From positions 32,001-96,000 of the IMG/VR virus record IMGVR_UViG_3300022700_000278: a DNA stretch of 64,000 nucleotides. The stretch is one strand, 5' to 3'. The stretch is from a virus. Position 1 is the first letter of the stretch, and each line of letters opens with the position of its first letter. Positions 17,003 through 27,497 of the stretch are shown one piece after another. Position numbers and translations under genes: made by a program. A model generated the notes under the pieces. That model was not told the DNA's origin. It did not search any database and was given only the letters and a program-made list of their open reading frames with translations.

Positions 17003-17371
17003 ATGGCAGGAGCAAAATATAAATATCTCATGGCGAATAAAGACGCCTCTGCTGGTGTTCTGGTAGCCCAAAACAAGGCACGACTAAAGGGCAACAAGAC
17101 CAACCACGTAACGGCTGACGAAACTGCCGTGCATCTTTGTGGTACGGTTGCGCTGCATGCACAGAAGGTTAAATACGCCTCTATGTTTGCTTTGCAAAAG
17201 CCGATGAAGGCCATCATCCCTTCTTGTTTGGGAACGCCCGTTCCAATGGCAGAGATTGACATGCCAGAGGCGTTTCTAGAACATATTGCTGCTGGTGCTG
17301 CGGAGATGGCGGCGCTAACTGGGTTGATGGCAACTGCTGCGGCCGGCGGAAGTATTCCAGCGGGCGTTTAA
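17003..17371 (+). CDS. Hypothetical protein, possible baseplate spike component
   Basis: 122 aa; alternating beta-strand N-terminal half, Ala-rich hydrophobic C-terminus; precedes the gp25-like gene. Confidence 0.4.
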   Translation: MAGAKYKYLMANKDASAGVLVAQNKARLKGNKTNHVTADETAVHLCGTVALHAQKVKYASMFALQKPMKAIIPSCLGTPVPMAEIDMPEAFLEHIAAGAAEMAALTGLMATAAAGGSIPAGV

Positions 17372-17374
17372 ATA

Positions 17375-17812
17375 ATGCCAAGAAATTACGACAAGGTTGA
17401 TTTCTATTGGACCTTTGACGGAGATGTTATTGTCGGGCCAAGTGGCGACCTGCATGATACGGCCGACGATCCCCTTCGCTCCCTTGTACAGGAGATTAAA
17501 ACCCGATTGATGAGCGATCAGCAAGATTGGTTGATTTTTCCCCGGGTGGGAGCCGGACTTTCTGCTTTGGTTGGACAGCCAAACAACAAAGAAACTGCAG
17601 AAGAGGGAAAGGCAAAAATAATTTCAGCACTTTCGAGAGATGGCCTGGTTAGTCCCGGTGACATTACGGTTAAATATCTTCCGGTTTCTAGAGAAGCCAT
17701 TATGTATAGGTTGGTGATTGCTGTTGCGGGTACGGCGGGGAACCGCAACACACAATATGTAAAGATCAACCTGCTATATAGTTATACTGATAACAATATA
17801 CACTTCGCCTAG
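17375..17812 (+). CDS. Baseplate wedge / sheath initiator, gp25 (GPW)-like
   Basis: 145 aa; GD..V..SGDL, QEIKTRL...DW...P.VGAGL..LVGQPN, I..AL pattern typical of the gp25 family; directly upstream of baseplate J. Confidence 0.8.
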   Translation: MPRNYDKVDFYWTFDGDVIVGPSGDLHDTADDPLRSLVQEIKTRLMSDQQDWLIFPRVGAGLSALVGQPNNKETAEEGKAKIISALSRDGLVSPGDITVKYLPVSREAIMYRLVIAVAGTAGNRNTQYVKINLLYSYTDNNIHFA

Positions 17813-17814
17813 GA

Positions 17815-19098
17815 GTGAGTCGTATGCCGTTTTTCCCAAAAGACTATGAGAAAATGGTTTCTTCTGGCCTGCAACGTTTGCAAGCCAACACCGTTGTTTC
17901 TCAGATGTCTCCAGGGGCTAAAGCCAGGTTCTTGCTAGAGTCTGTTTTGACAGAGCAAGCTAGCCTGCACAGCCAATTTGACACAAACCTGATGCAGGCC
18001 TTTGTCAGGTGGGCGGAGGGCCGCTTCTTAGACTTCGTTGGCGATGTGATGCATGTGCCGAGATGGCTTCCCAGCACAGCCTCTGCAGATACCAGTCACG
18101 AAAACTTCATGTTTTATTTAGAGAGCGGAACATTCGGTGATGTTAACAATGGGATGGATTTTGTAATTCCTTCTGGGACCGTTGTCTCTACTGCTGATTT
18201 TGACGTAGAGCTAACACAGGCCCCAGGAGAGTCCGACTATACCGCCACCTCTAGAACCATTGATAAGATTTCTTACGCAACACAGGGCGATGTGGTTTGT
18301 TCCGCGAATCGCTCACATGTGTATGCTTCTATTAAGGCACAGATAGAAGGAAGAAGCGCTGATGTTCCCAGGAATGCTTTGTTAAAACATGACTTTTCTG
18401 GGTACTCCATGAGTGGTCGCGGGTTGTTAAAATGCAGAAACAAATACTCGATCACGAACGGCAGAGATAGAGAAAGTGATGAGTCCTATCGCTATCGTCT
18501 GATGAATTCTTTCAAGGCGAAAGAACGGGCAAACAGGATGGCCGTTCGGCTGGCTGCGCTAAGTGTTCCTGGAGTGGCTGATACGGTTGAGGTTAATTAC
18601 GAGCAAGGACCAGGTACGTTCTCTTTGTATGTAGAAAGTGTTGGCGCAGCTACAAGCCAGGGCCTCATCAACAGCGTTGCTTCTGCAGTGGAGCCTGTTT
18701 GCTCTCTTGGGGTTAGGCCGTTTGTCCTGGCCCCATTGCCACTGGGACTTTCTTTTGTTGTCGCCTTGAGATGGAGAGACAGAACCACGGAAACACAAAA
18801 AATATTAATACAAGCAAACATTCGAGAGATGATAGAGGGGTTCTTAAATAGTCTCAGCATTGGAGACAATGTGGATCTTGAGGCTCTTGCTTCTGCGGTT
18901 GCAACGACAAGTGAAGAGATAGCGGGACTAGGTTATTTGCGGACTGGCAAGTTTGAGGAAGTCTATGTTCACCGAAGCACCCCGGACGGAGAAGGAGTAA
19001 AGAAAACTTTGTTTGAGGGAGATGTGGTAGACTCTCTTTATAACGAACGCCCCTTGTTGGAAACTTCCACAAGGCATAGAGGAATCCAGTTTTTGTAG
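17815..19098 (+). CDS. Baseplate J-like wedge protein
   Basis: 427 aa (start may be the ATG at 17824); AEGRFLDFVGD, IPSGTVVST, ITNGRDRESDESYRYRL, ALSVPGVAD, GPGTFSLYV are Baseplate_J hallmarks. Confidence 0.88.
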   Translation: MSRMPFFPKDYEKMVSSGLQRLQANTVVSQMSPGAKARFLLESVLTEQASLHSQFDTNLMQAFVRWAEGRFLDFVGDVMHVPRWLPSTASADTSHENFMFYLESGTFGDVNNGMDFVIPSGTVVSTADFDVELTQAPGESDYTATSRTIDKISYATQGDVVCSANRSHVYASIKAQIEGRSADVPRNALLKHDFSGYSMSGRGLLKCRNKYSITNGRDRESDESYRYRLMNSFKAKERANRMAVRLAALSVPGVADTVEVNYEQGPGTFSLYVESVGAATSQGLINSVASAVEPVCSLGVRPFVLAPLPLGLSFVVALRWRDRTTETQKILIQANIREMIEGFLNSLSIGDNVDLEALASAVATTSEEIAGLGYLRTGKFEEVYVHRSTPDGEGVKKTLFEGDVVDSLYNERPLLETSTRHRGIQFL

Positions 19099-19113
19099 AG
19101 AAAGGAGACTATA

Positions 19114-19392
19114 GTGTCAGAGTCAAAGGTTAAGCCAGTAGAAAAGAGAGCACAGCGTGTCACCAGTGAAGAGATGTGGCAAATTCGTGCACTAGAGGCA
19201 CAGGGGGGCCGCCTGCAAGCCGAGATGCAACTCAAGCAGGAAAGGCTAGAAAACATCTCCAAAGAAACCCAGCTTCTTCTTTTACAGCTTAGAGAGAAGT
19301 ATGGGGTGTTTACTAGTATTGAACCAGACGGAAGGATTGTTTTTCCTGAGAAGCAGGAATCCGATTCAGCAGAAGACGACAAGGAGAAGTAA
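19114..19392 (+). CDS. Small coiled-coil hypothetical protein
   Basis: 92 aa; AAGGAG RBS; GTG start. Confidence 0.65.
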   Translation: MSESKVKPVEKRAQRVTSEEMWQIRALEAQGGRLQAEMQLKQERLENISKETQLLLLQLREKYGVFTSIEPDGRIVFPEKQESDSAEDDKEK

Positions 19393-19398
19393 CAAACA

Positions 19399-21033
19399 GT
19401 GACCTCGGTTGCAGGGCAATATAGGAGATCTTGGATCACACAGCGGATCCTTAATAGGGCTCCCGAATGGACACGGGCAAGACGCAGCCCTGTGTCTGTG
19501 GCACAGCAGATATGCAATGTTCCTGCTCTTGAGATTGAAGAAACAAGTAAAAAGTTAGAAGAGGAAAGAGATAACTTTTTCCTATCTACTTGCGATCCCA
19601 CGCTGCTAGACCATGTCTACAAGATAGACCTCCCCGGTAGGTTTGAGTTTAACCAAGAGGAAGATCAAAATCGATGGTCTGTCTATTATTCTCCAAGTGT
19701 TTGGGGGGAGATAGACGGATCCTATGTTTCCATTTCTCAGGCCAATCGGAATAATGTTGAGTCTTTATTTTATGGCGTAGTGCCTACAAGGGTGGGGTAT
19801 GGAGAGCAGTCTGAAGTATGGGAAGAGGTTTTGCCTCCGACGAAAGTTTCTGGGGTCTCTTCTGCTTCTCCAGCAACCATGGTTCTCGAAGGACCTTTAT
19901 ATGTCACCTTGAAAAACAATACGGTTTGGAGCGAGGAATATAACGACATTGTTTATTTTACCAAAGTCCGTTTAAAAGGTACTGGTCTCCTCAGAGAAGA
20001 CATTGAGGAAATCATTCCTCTGAGACTCAACGGAACTTACCAAACGAGAAACCACTGGAAGACACTTGATGAATTTGAGATTTTGCACGCCAGTGAAGAT
20101 GCAACGGTCTCTGTTTCTGTTTTTCCTTTTAGAGAAGCTCCTGTTGCAAACGATCGAGAGATAGCGGTTGGCTCTGATGGGGTAGAGCGCACTCGGTTTT
20201 ATTCTCTTTACTCATATTCCTGGGGATCAACTCTTATTGCAAAAAGATATCTTGTTGATACTGAAGAGCAAGTTAGACTAGGCCTAAACTTAAAGACAAT
20301 TGATTACGAGATGGAATTGCATGATGGAGAACTTGGAAATGTTTCGGCCAGTGCATTTGTGTTTAAGCCCCACTCCGACTGGGTGTATGTTGTAGACGAC
20401 ACTTATTTGTACGTATATGACTATCGGCTGCCGTCACCGAGCACAGAGTACCTGGGAGAAAGCTCTGGCGATAGCAGAATGGCGATTAGGCTTGACAATG
20501 ATAAATATTTCTATACGAGAGAAGATGAGGTATCGTTTTCGTCTCGTGTTTTAGAATATACGTCAATACCGTTTGCTACCAGGTGGACATTGGTTTGGAA
20601 TGACGGAACAGAGTATAGAATTGGACTAGATGGCTCTTTGTGGAGCACCTCTTCTCAAGAAGGCTGGATATATAACGACAATTGGGATAGTGGAAAATGG
20701 GAAGATCAAAAAATTACCTTGTCTTCGGTTGGTCTTCCTGGCACATACGTTATAAAATTAGAAGCAAAGTATGAAGAAAACGATGAGGTCGTTACACGAA
20801 CCACCAAAGAAGCTTTTTCTGTTCCATCCATTGATCCAGAGGCGAAGCTAATGCTTCCCGTAGAACTAAAAGGAGCAAGAGATCTTGGTATAGATGGACA
20901 GGGACGGCTTTGGTTTTATAACGGTACCAGTGTTTTGCTAGCTGATTTGTATTACGACTATTTTATTGTTGATTTCCAAGAAAAGAGAGTTTGGATGAGA
21001 GAGCAATATCCGTCAGTTAGGGTTCGTCCATAA
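19399..21033 (+). CDS. Baseplate-associated structural protein
   Basis: 544 aa; N-terminal TQRILNRAPEW helix followed by acidic beta-rich domains; coupled to the next gene. Confidence 0.55.
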   Translation: MTSVAGQYRRSWITQRILNRAPEWTRARRSPVSVAQQICNVPALEIEETSKKLEEERDNFFLSTCDPTLLDHVYKIDLPGRFEFNQEEDQNRWSVYYSPSVWGEIDGSYVSISQANRNNVESLFYGVVPTRVGYGEQSEVWEEVLPPTKVSGVSSASPATMVLEGPLYVTLKNNTVWSEEYNDIVYFTKVRLKGTGLLREDIEEIIPLRLNGTYQTRNHWKTLDEFEILHASEDATVSVSVFPFREAPVANDREIAVGSDGVERTRFYSLYSYSWGSTLIAKRYLVDTEEQVRLGLNLKTIDYEMELHDGELGNVSASAFVFKPHSDWVYVVDDTYLYVYDYRLPSPSTEYLGESSGDSRMAIRLDNDKYFYTREDEVSFSSRVLEYTSIPFATRWTLVWNDGTEYRIGLDGSLWSTSSQEGWIYNDNWDSGKWEDQKITLSSVGLPGTYVIKLEAKYEENDEVVTRTTKEAFSVPSIDPEAKLMLPVELKGARDLGIDGQGRLWFYNGTSVLLADLYYDYFIVDFQEKRVWMREQYPSVRVRP

Positions 21034-21986
21034 TGCCGTATGGGACGAAAAGTGTTGGTTTTGCTGTTAATGTCAGCAGCGTCTCTGAATATAGAGGCAA
21101 ACCCCAGCGCCATTCTCTTGTCAATAGATTTGACGAACACGGGGACCTGTATTCTTTAGACAGGCTTCCCGGAGAGACCAACACAGCATTTAAGAAGAGG
21201 ATAATGGACCTAACCCTACATCCGGGTGGTCCTAATTATGAAGGACTGTTAAATAACCTTGCTCGAGAACTGGGGTGTCCGAGAGAGCCTGCGTTAACAA
21301 TTGATCTCAAAAGAGATGCCAGTTCAGGTTCTGTTCTTGCCCCAAACCCACGAGTCGACATATTGGCAGACCGGGTTGTCTTGTATTATGACTGGAAAGA
21401 CTATGACAGCTTTTCTGTAGATCGAGAAATTGATTTTTACGACCTTGGTTCTAGCGGGTATTTTTTAAGTGGGCTTATTAACGAGATTAATAAATCCTCT
21501 TACTTTGTCGCTGTTGCAGATCGGGATGTCCGCTTGAGTCTTCATAGCACAAACATAGTTCGAGGCTCTTCTTTTGGTCGCGTCGTTGACGATGTTATCA
21601 AGGCTGATGGCCTGACCATCCTTAGCGCACAAAACATTGTTGAGGGATCAATGTGGTTCTCCGAAAAAGATATTTTTGTGACAGAGGTCCAAAAAGAACC
21701 AAGCACAGACGGAGAATACAGGATAGATTATGCAAATGGCCTGCTGTATACATACTCTCTTCCAAGTGGCAGAGGGTCCTGCGGCTATTATTATGCTGGT
21801 TTTCCAATGGAAGTGGATGCTTCTCTTATTCATGTGTATTCTTTACATGATGATAACTATGTGAAAAAACTTTTTAGGCAAGAAGCTCTTCCTTCTGGCG
21901 ATGAGCAAAACGCTCTTCCCAATACAGAAGGAGCAGAGGTTTTTCACCAACTGTTCAAAGAGACAGAAGTTCTGTGGGGAGAATAA
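21033..21986 (+). CDS. Baseplate wedge protein (P2 gpI / tail protein I-like motif)
   Basis: 317 aa; FDEHGDLYSLDRLPGETNTAFKKRI..EGLLNNLARELG matches the D..G...L.R..GE....R.RI wedge motif. Confidence 0.6.
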   Translation: MPYGTKSVGFAVNVSSVSEYRGKPQRHSLVNRFDEHGDLYSLDRLPGETNTAFKKRIMDLTLHPGGPNYEGLLNNLARELGCPREPALTIDLKRDASSGSVLAPNPRVDILADRVVLYYDWKDYDSFSVDREIDFYDLGSSGYFLSGLINEINKSSYFVAVADRDVRLSLHSTNIVRGSSFGRVVDDVIKADGLTILSAQNIVEGSMWFSEKDIFVTEVQKEPSTDGEYRIDYANGLLYTYSLPSGRGSCGYYYAGFPMEVDASLIHVYSLHDDNYVKKLFRQEALPSGDEQNALPNTEGAEVFHQLFKETEVLWGE

Positions 21987-21989
21987 TTC

Positions 21990-24254
21990 GTGGCTGGATT
22001 AGATAGACCAACTCTGTATTTCGATACCATGCAGTACGTTTACGAACGTGCTAGCGCAAAACCATATGTTGGACACGAGCACCCTACAGACTTACCAGAT
22101 GGTTTTAGTTTCGATGCGAAGAGATGGTGTAGCCCATTTGATCTCAGGCTGCCGTCTTTGCCAAGACTTCTTGACCCGTCGACACAGGGTATAAAGCCGG
22201 AAACTTATTTTAAGTGTGGTGTCGGCAATGAAAAAATAGACTTAATTGTTGATGATATAGAAGAGCACTATCTAGGCCATGAGCGCTTATGGGTTCCAAA
22301 GGTGCGAGACGGGTATTATTACCGGTACAAAACAGATTATTTTTATTATGGCGATAATAGTGTTATCCAGTATTTAGACCCGGCTGACAACAAAGAAGGA
22401 AGGAACTATTTAGAGCTTGCAAAAGAAGAGGCACCTGGAAAACCATTGCTTGCTGCTTCTTTTTCTAGAGACCCAGAGTCCAGGGCCATCACATATGACG
22501 TTAGGGTCAACCATGTTGGGGTCTTTACTGGCAAGTATGAGAATGGAGAAGAAGTCTCGACGTACACTCCTACGACCGAAAAAGTGATATGGTCTGGAGT
22601 AGATACGACAAAGAAAGAATTTGTTGTGGATCGACACGTCGAGGGAGTGACGGCGCTCAAATTCAACAGAAACTACATAGAACATGTTGGAGTTTCGCCA
22701 GGCAGCTTTTCTGATCTCGGCGCATGCGATGTGCTTGGGCAATCTACTGGCGGAGCAGACCAGTTGTTTTACTTGTCGCTCTTCCCTGTCTTGCCTGACA
22801 CTTTCCATTTGTATGTCGTCGACGCAAACAGCGAAGAATGGGAAGAATGGACCAGGGTTGAAACATACCACGAACTCTTATCTTTGATGAACATTGGTCT
22901 TGTACAGCCGTATCTTTACAGTGGAAAATTTTACTTCCTAGACAGAGACTTGGGAATTGTTGTTTTTGGCGATGCTTCCACTGGCATACCGGAAGAAGGC
23001 AAGTGGATTGTAGCAGAATATGACAAAACTCTTCGTATCGAATATGAAGAGGCAGATTTATCAACAAGTGTCACGGCGTGGAAGGCAGACGTTAACCCTG
23101 TCTCTCAGGCCGTGAACGAAGGGTTTGTTTGTATAACTCACGAACCACTTGAAGCAGCAAAGATTTCTCTTGATATCGACAAGGAAGAGCTTTCTTCTGG
23201 GAGTTCGGTGTATGGACCAATACAGGTTGGAAATGACTGGGCTCGTCTGATAGCGAAAGTTTCGACTTTTAGGGATGTTCCCGTACCGAACAAAGAAGTA
23301 ACTTTCCATGCAACTCCGTTGGTTGGAGCGCTTGGGGGAAGCAGCACGGGCAAATCTTTTGGTGCCACAAATTCCGAAGGACTCGCGTACACACACTACC
23401 AACCCCCTCTAGACGCAGACTCGATAGGACACTACGCCTTGTCTAGTGACGCAGTACAGGGAGACTGGTTGAGGCTTGACGAAGAGAATACTGGGCTTAC
23501 GGAAGCAGACGAGGTGTATCTTTATCAGGTGCTAAAAGACGATCCTCTGCTTGGTATGCACAGCTCGTATGTATCGGGTTTTCTGCCTGATCCGCCAGAG
23601 TGGGCAGACCCAGTTTTGAGCCCCGTGCTTTATGAGCAGTGGGTAGAAAATCAGAAGATAGAACTTGGCCTTGAAGATTGGATTATTAACACGGCGACCC
23701 ATAAACCAAACGGCAGAAAAGTTGTTGTGTATCAGTGGGACAGCAGTGCAACGAACCCAATAGACGGCACGAGCGGTGCGTTCTCTCCTGTGCGGCCACT
23801 AGAGGTTAGCAGCGACGGTAGCATGCTGCGGTTCCCCTCTGGATCGCTTTATTCTAGTAACCCTTATGACACCTGTACTTCAAACCCAATGGGCTATGAT
23901 ATTGGTGGCTATTGGGTTGTCGGGTCTTTTTATGTGGACTTTTGGGCAACATGCTGGAGTGCGTATTATAATAGGACGATAGAAAGCAATCGCATTAGGG
24001 CTAAAATTACTTTGCCCCAGTATCTTCTGGGCGAACATGTTAACAACCAGCTTCATAAGTTGCCGTTTGGGTGGAAGCTTTTTAGAAGCACAGAACAGAA
24101 CCACGCGGCTGGGTTGGATGGAGCTACTTTTTTAACTATCAACCCACAAGCTGGACCGTATGAAATATTGACCTGGTACAACGAAGGCTCAACAGGCGAA
24201 TGGGCACAAGCAATAATGTCTGTTGCTTCGTTTAAGGTTACAGTTAACGGCTAG
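21990..24254 (+). CDS. Baseplate/tail structural protein with an Ig-like module
   Basis: 754 aa; ARLIAKV..DVPVPNKEVTF...TNSEGLAYTHY resembles an Ig-like (Big_1-type) domain. Confidence 0.5.
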   Translation: MAGLDRPTLYFDTMQYVYERASAKPYVGHEHPTDLPDGFSFDAKRWCSPFDLRLPSLPRLLDPSTQGIKPETYFKCGVGNEKIDLIVDDIEEHYLGHERLWVPKVRDGYYYRYKTDYFYYGDNSVIQYLDPADNKEGRNYLELAKEEAPGKPLLAASFSRDPESRAITYDVRVNHVGVFTGKYENGEEVSTYTPTTEKVIWSGVDTTKKEFVVDRHVEGVTALKFNRNYIEHVGVSPGSFSDLGACDVLGQSTGGADQLFYLSLFPVLPDTFHLYVVDANSEEWEEWTRVETYHELLSLMNIGLVQPYLYSGKFYFLDRDLGIVVFGDASTGIPEEGKWIVAEYDKTLRIEYEEADLSTSVTAWKADVNPVSQAVNEGFVCITHEPLEAAKISLDIDKEELSSGSSVYGPIQVGNDWARLIAKVSTFRDVPVPNKEVTFHATPLVGALGGSSTGKSFGATNSEGLAYTHYQPPLDADSIGHYALSSDAVQGDWLRLDEENTGLTEADEVYLYQVLKDDPLLGMHSSYVSGFLPDPPEWADPVLSPVLYEQWVENQKIELGLEDWIINTATHKPNGRKVVVYQWDSSATNPIDGTSGAFSPVRPLEVSSDGSMLRFPSGSLYSSNPYDTCTSNPMGYDIGGYWVVGSFYVDFWATCWSAYYNRTIESNRIRAKITLPQYLLGEHVNNQLHKLPFGWKLFRSTEQNHAAGLDGATFLTINPQAGPYEILTWYNEGSTGEWAQAIMSVASFKVTVNG

Positions 24255-24266
24255 GAGTGAGGACCT

Positions 24267-27200
24267 GTGACCATTTCAAGTTATGATAGAATGGTTGATG
24301 TTTTTCCAACCGTCTTCGATTTCAAGGTTGGAGAACAACCAAGCAGCAGAAAACTTACCAAGTGGGTAAAGCTAACTGACAATGCTTTCCGTCTTGTTAC
24401 GCAAGCAGTGGGAGACCCGTGGGACTATCAGACTCATGAGGGACAGCTTAGTCCTCAAAAGTTAGGACAAGCAACTATTGCTAGGCTAATTGGGCCGTCT
24501 GATTATGTTGGGCCGCTTGGCGAAACAATCAACTCAGACACCACTTCAGTGGAAGTTTCTTTGTCTGTTGACGGGGCAAGCTCTTGGTATCTAGGGTTTC
24601 CTTTGGTCAAAAAAGCAGGAACGGTCACGCCACAGGTGTTGCCCTCTTGTTTAGAAAGCCTAACGGCATCTGATCTTAGTTTTTCTGGCACTGGCTATTC
24701 AGATTACTTCGTTACGCTCTATTCTGACCCCAGAGACATGAGCCAAAAGGGCGACTATTGTGTTGATTTTGCTAGAGGCGTTATTCAGACATATCTGCCT
24801 ATCGATCCTGGTGATGGCAGCGGGTCGTTAACTGTAACGATAAGCAACCTAAGTTTTGTTGGGGCCGGAGCGCCGTGGGCAACGCACAACGTCATTCCCA
24901 TCTGGGAAGATGGCGGAAATGCTGGAGTAACAATTGTAGAAGCTGCGCTGGGACCAGGGAATTATGAAATTACCCTGCCAGGCAGAGATGCCTCTGGGTA
25001 TTCTAATGATTACCCAAGAGTGGGAGCCGCAGAAGACTCCCCGTCTAACACGATGACCGGTGCGGGATATCCTGAAAGCGATCCTCTTACTGGCGACCGC
25101 CGCCAAGCAACTCTTGCTGTTCGACCAACAGGGAACGTTTCTTATCGATTGCCTTATTCTTTAGAGGCGAACTATTCTAGCGGGGACGTTCTTCCAGGAG
25201 GCACGGTAAAGCTTTGGTGCAACAGCACAAATAGCTTTGTCGCGCTAACTGAGTTTGAGTATGTTAGCCCAACAACCCTAAAGCTAACTTGCCCAACGCT
25301 GTCAGACGTAGATGCGACCGGGAACGAAAACAACTATCGACTTGTTGTGGTTGGGACAAGCTTAGCAGAACAAGTAAGTTATCTTGCTGGCGTAGTGAGA
25401 GAAGGCCAGGGACAAGGGGTCTCTGTTGGTGGCCCCGCCACCTTCCCTAGCATGAGTTTTAGTCCTCCAATGTCGCACGACAGGCTTAGAGATCGCTATG
25501 GCTTTTCGCTAGCAATGGAAGAGAGCGGGGATTTTTCTTCGTGGGCTAGTTCGCACGACAACTGGCAAAGAAGGTTTGCGTTTACAGAGTCTGCTTATCC
25601 GACTAACCCACACCCACAATATTTGCATAGAGCAGGGTATTTGTCTGACGACGAGACAGCAAATACTAGCAACGCCATGCGAGGATGGCTGTGCTTCGCT
25701 GGATACAAGACAGAAACCAGTGGCCACAGCTATGAAAGCTCCAAGTCTAACCCAGGGTTCAACTCTCCCATTGACGAGTGGACTTACGGTGTTGCTTGGG
25801 GTGCTGGAGAATTTGAGAATTCTAGCGGAGATCATCCCAGAGCGTTTTTCGACGGGGGAAAAGAAAAAGAATGGAGCGGTTCTGGTCCGGCGACTAGGTT
25901 GGGATTTGGTCTTTATGGTTCTGATGGCGGGCTTGGGTTTGCAGAATCTTCTTACTATTCAAACTATGGAGCATTGGTTTATGAGGGATTCAGGGGCCAG
26001 CCGTTCTATGTCAGGGGAAGAAAGGGTGCAAGCAGTTCGCTAGATACAAGTGTTCATGGCGGAGCCATCGCCATGGACCTAGGCGATCAGAACGAGATGA
26101 ACTATCTTAAGCTTGTCGGAGGCAGTCGTCCCTCGACAGGAAGTTATGCCGGAGATCCCGCCAACGATCCTGCATGGATAGATGCTTCTTCTTCTGTGTT
26201 TAACACACCGCTGGCAATTACTCCTGGGCTAAGCAAAAGAATCTCTGCAGAACAGACCAGAGAACTTAGGTTTAGAGGCGTCTCTTATAATGAGCTTGTT
26301 CAGAATGCTGAAGATGGTATCGGCTCTCTTTCTACCTACCCCTCTTCTGGAGTACAAAAAACAGCTAATGTAGTATTGCTGGATGCAACGCTTAATTACA
26401 TGGTGTTAGAGGGGAATGTTGCTGGCGACATTCGTATGAATGACACCACGATAACCCTTAGTGGCACTACCAGTGACGGAGACTATCAGATTTCAGATCT
26501 TGCTGATTATGACGCAGTCAACGACCATACGTACCTGACCGTTACTGGTAGCATAAGCAGCAACCAACCTGCTCCTGGTGGAACAGCTACTTGGACTACA
26601 TACGAGTTTAATCGATACTTCAGATCTCCTGGCATTATTGGAGGAGACTTCCTCAACGTATATGGCAATGCAGTCTTTTTCTCTGAAGAAGGAGATGGCA
26701 AAAAGACTTCCTTTACCGACAGAGGAAAGGAATGGCTTACAGATGGCACTACAACGCCTTCTGGCCTGTTTTACGTTCCCGCCGGGACGCTTGGTTCTGC
26801 TTGTGTTTTTGTTGGGTATGAAGGCAGCGGCACTGGCAGCTATGACGGAGCAAAGACGCAAGCTTATTTTGGACACACGAGGGGTTCTTGGGCAAACTCT
26901 ACGCTTGGTGTTAAGCGAGGGCTACAATTTGAGGGCCACGACGACTCCGGCTTGCATGTCGCATATAATACTACCGGCGGGACAACGTACCCTGCTTCTA
27001 ATACAGCAGAGCAGGGGCTATCCTGTATCGTGTACAAGGTGCACGGAGAAAGTTTTTCTGCGGGCGACAACACCATCACCGTTGCAGATTCTTCTTATTT
27101 GCCAAAATGTATTCGTTCCCCAGAAAGCGGATCGGTTTCAGATAACTTTAAGAAAAGAGTTGTGGGGGTGGAAACCTTGGCAAGACAGTCTAGCGGGGAT

Positions 27201-27479
27201 GTGTTTTATCCGTTGTCTTCTGGTTCGCACTTGATTGGAGGACAAAACTATGTTTTTCAGGGGCTCTATTATTATTTAGACGGCAGCAACAACTTGTCTT
27301 TGCATACCATTTTATATGAGTGGGACTTTCTGCATGGAGAGCCAGATCTGTATGCCACTTTTTCTGAGTCGCTAGAGCTTGTTGTAAAAGTTTGGTATCT
27401 TACTAATCGCCCAAGCATTACAGATCTTCCTTATGAGTCAGCGATGAATCCACTAGACGTTGAAATAAACCCCCTCTAA
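24267..27479 (+). CDS. Tail fibre-like structural protein
   Basis: 1070 aa, Ser/Gly/Thr-rich; NPHPQYL motif typical of fibre shafts. Confidence 0.55.
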   Translation: MTISSYDRMVDVFPTVFDFKVGEQPSSRKLTKWVKLTDNAFRLVTQAVGDPWDYQTHEGQLSPQKLGQATIARLIGPSDYVGPLGETINSDTTSVEVSLSVDGASSWYLGFPLVKKAGTVTPQVLPSCLESLTASDLSFSGTGYSDYFVTLYSDPRDMSQKGDYCVDFARGVIQTYLPIDPGDGSGSLTVTISNLSFVGAGAPWATHNVIPIWEDGGNAGVTIVEAALGPGNYEITLPGRDASGYSNDYPRVGAAEDSPSNTMTGAGYPESDPLTGDRRQATLAVRPTGNVSYRLPYSLEANYSSGDVLPGGTVKLWCNSTNSFVALTEFEYVSPTTLKLTCPTLSDVDATGNENNYRLVVVGTSLAEQVSYLAGVVREGQGQGVSVGGPATFPSMSFSPPMSHDRLRDRYGFSLAMEESGDFSSWASSHDNWQRRFAFTESAYPTNPHPQYLHRAGYLSDDETANTSNAMRGWLCFAGYKTETSGHSYESSKSNPGFNSPIDEWTYGVAWGAGEFENSSGDHPRAFFDGGKEKEWSGSGPATRLGFGLYGSDGGLGFAESSYYSNYGALVYEGFRGQPFYVRGRKGASSSLDTSVHGGAIAMDLGDQNEMNYLKLVGGSRPSTGSYAGDPANDPAWIDASSSVFNTPLAITPGLSKRISAEQTRELRFRGVSYNELVQNAEDGIGSLSTYPSSGVQKTANVVLLDATLNYMVLEGNVAGDIRMNDTTITLSGTTSDGDYQISDLADYDAVNDHTYLTVTGSISSNQPAPGGTATWTTYEFNRYFRSPGIIGGDFLNVYGNAVFFSEEGDGKKTSFTDRGKEWLTDGTTTPSGLFYVPAGTLGSACVFVGYEGSGTGSYDGAKTQAYFGHTRGSWANSTLGVKRGLQFEGHDDSGLHVAYNTTGGTTYPASNTAEQGLSCIVYKVHGESFSAGDNTITVADSSYLPKCIRSPESGSVSDNFKKRVVGVETLARQSSGDVFYPLSSGSHLIGGQNYVFQGLYYYLDGSNNLSLHTILYEWDFLHGEPDLYATFSESLELVVKVWYLTNRPSITDLPYESAMNPLDVEINPL

Positions 27480-27497
27480 GGAATGACGAATTAACCA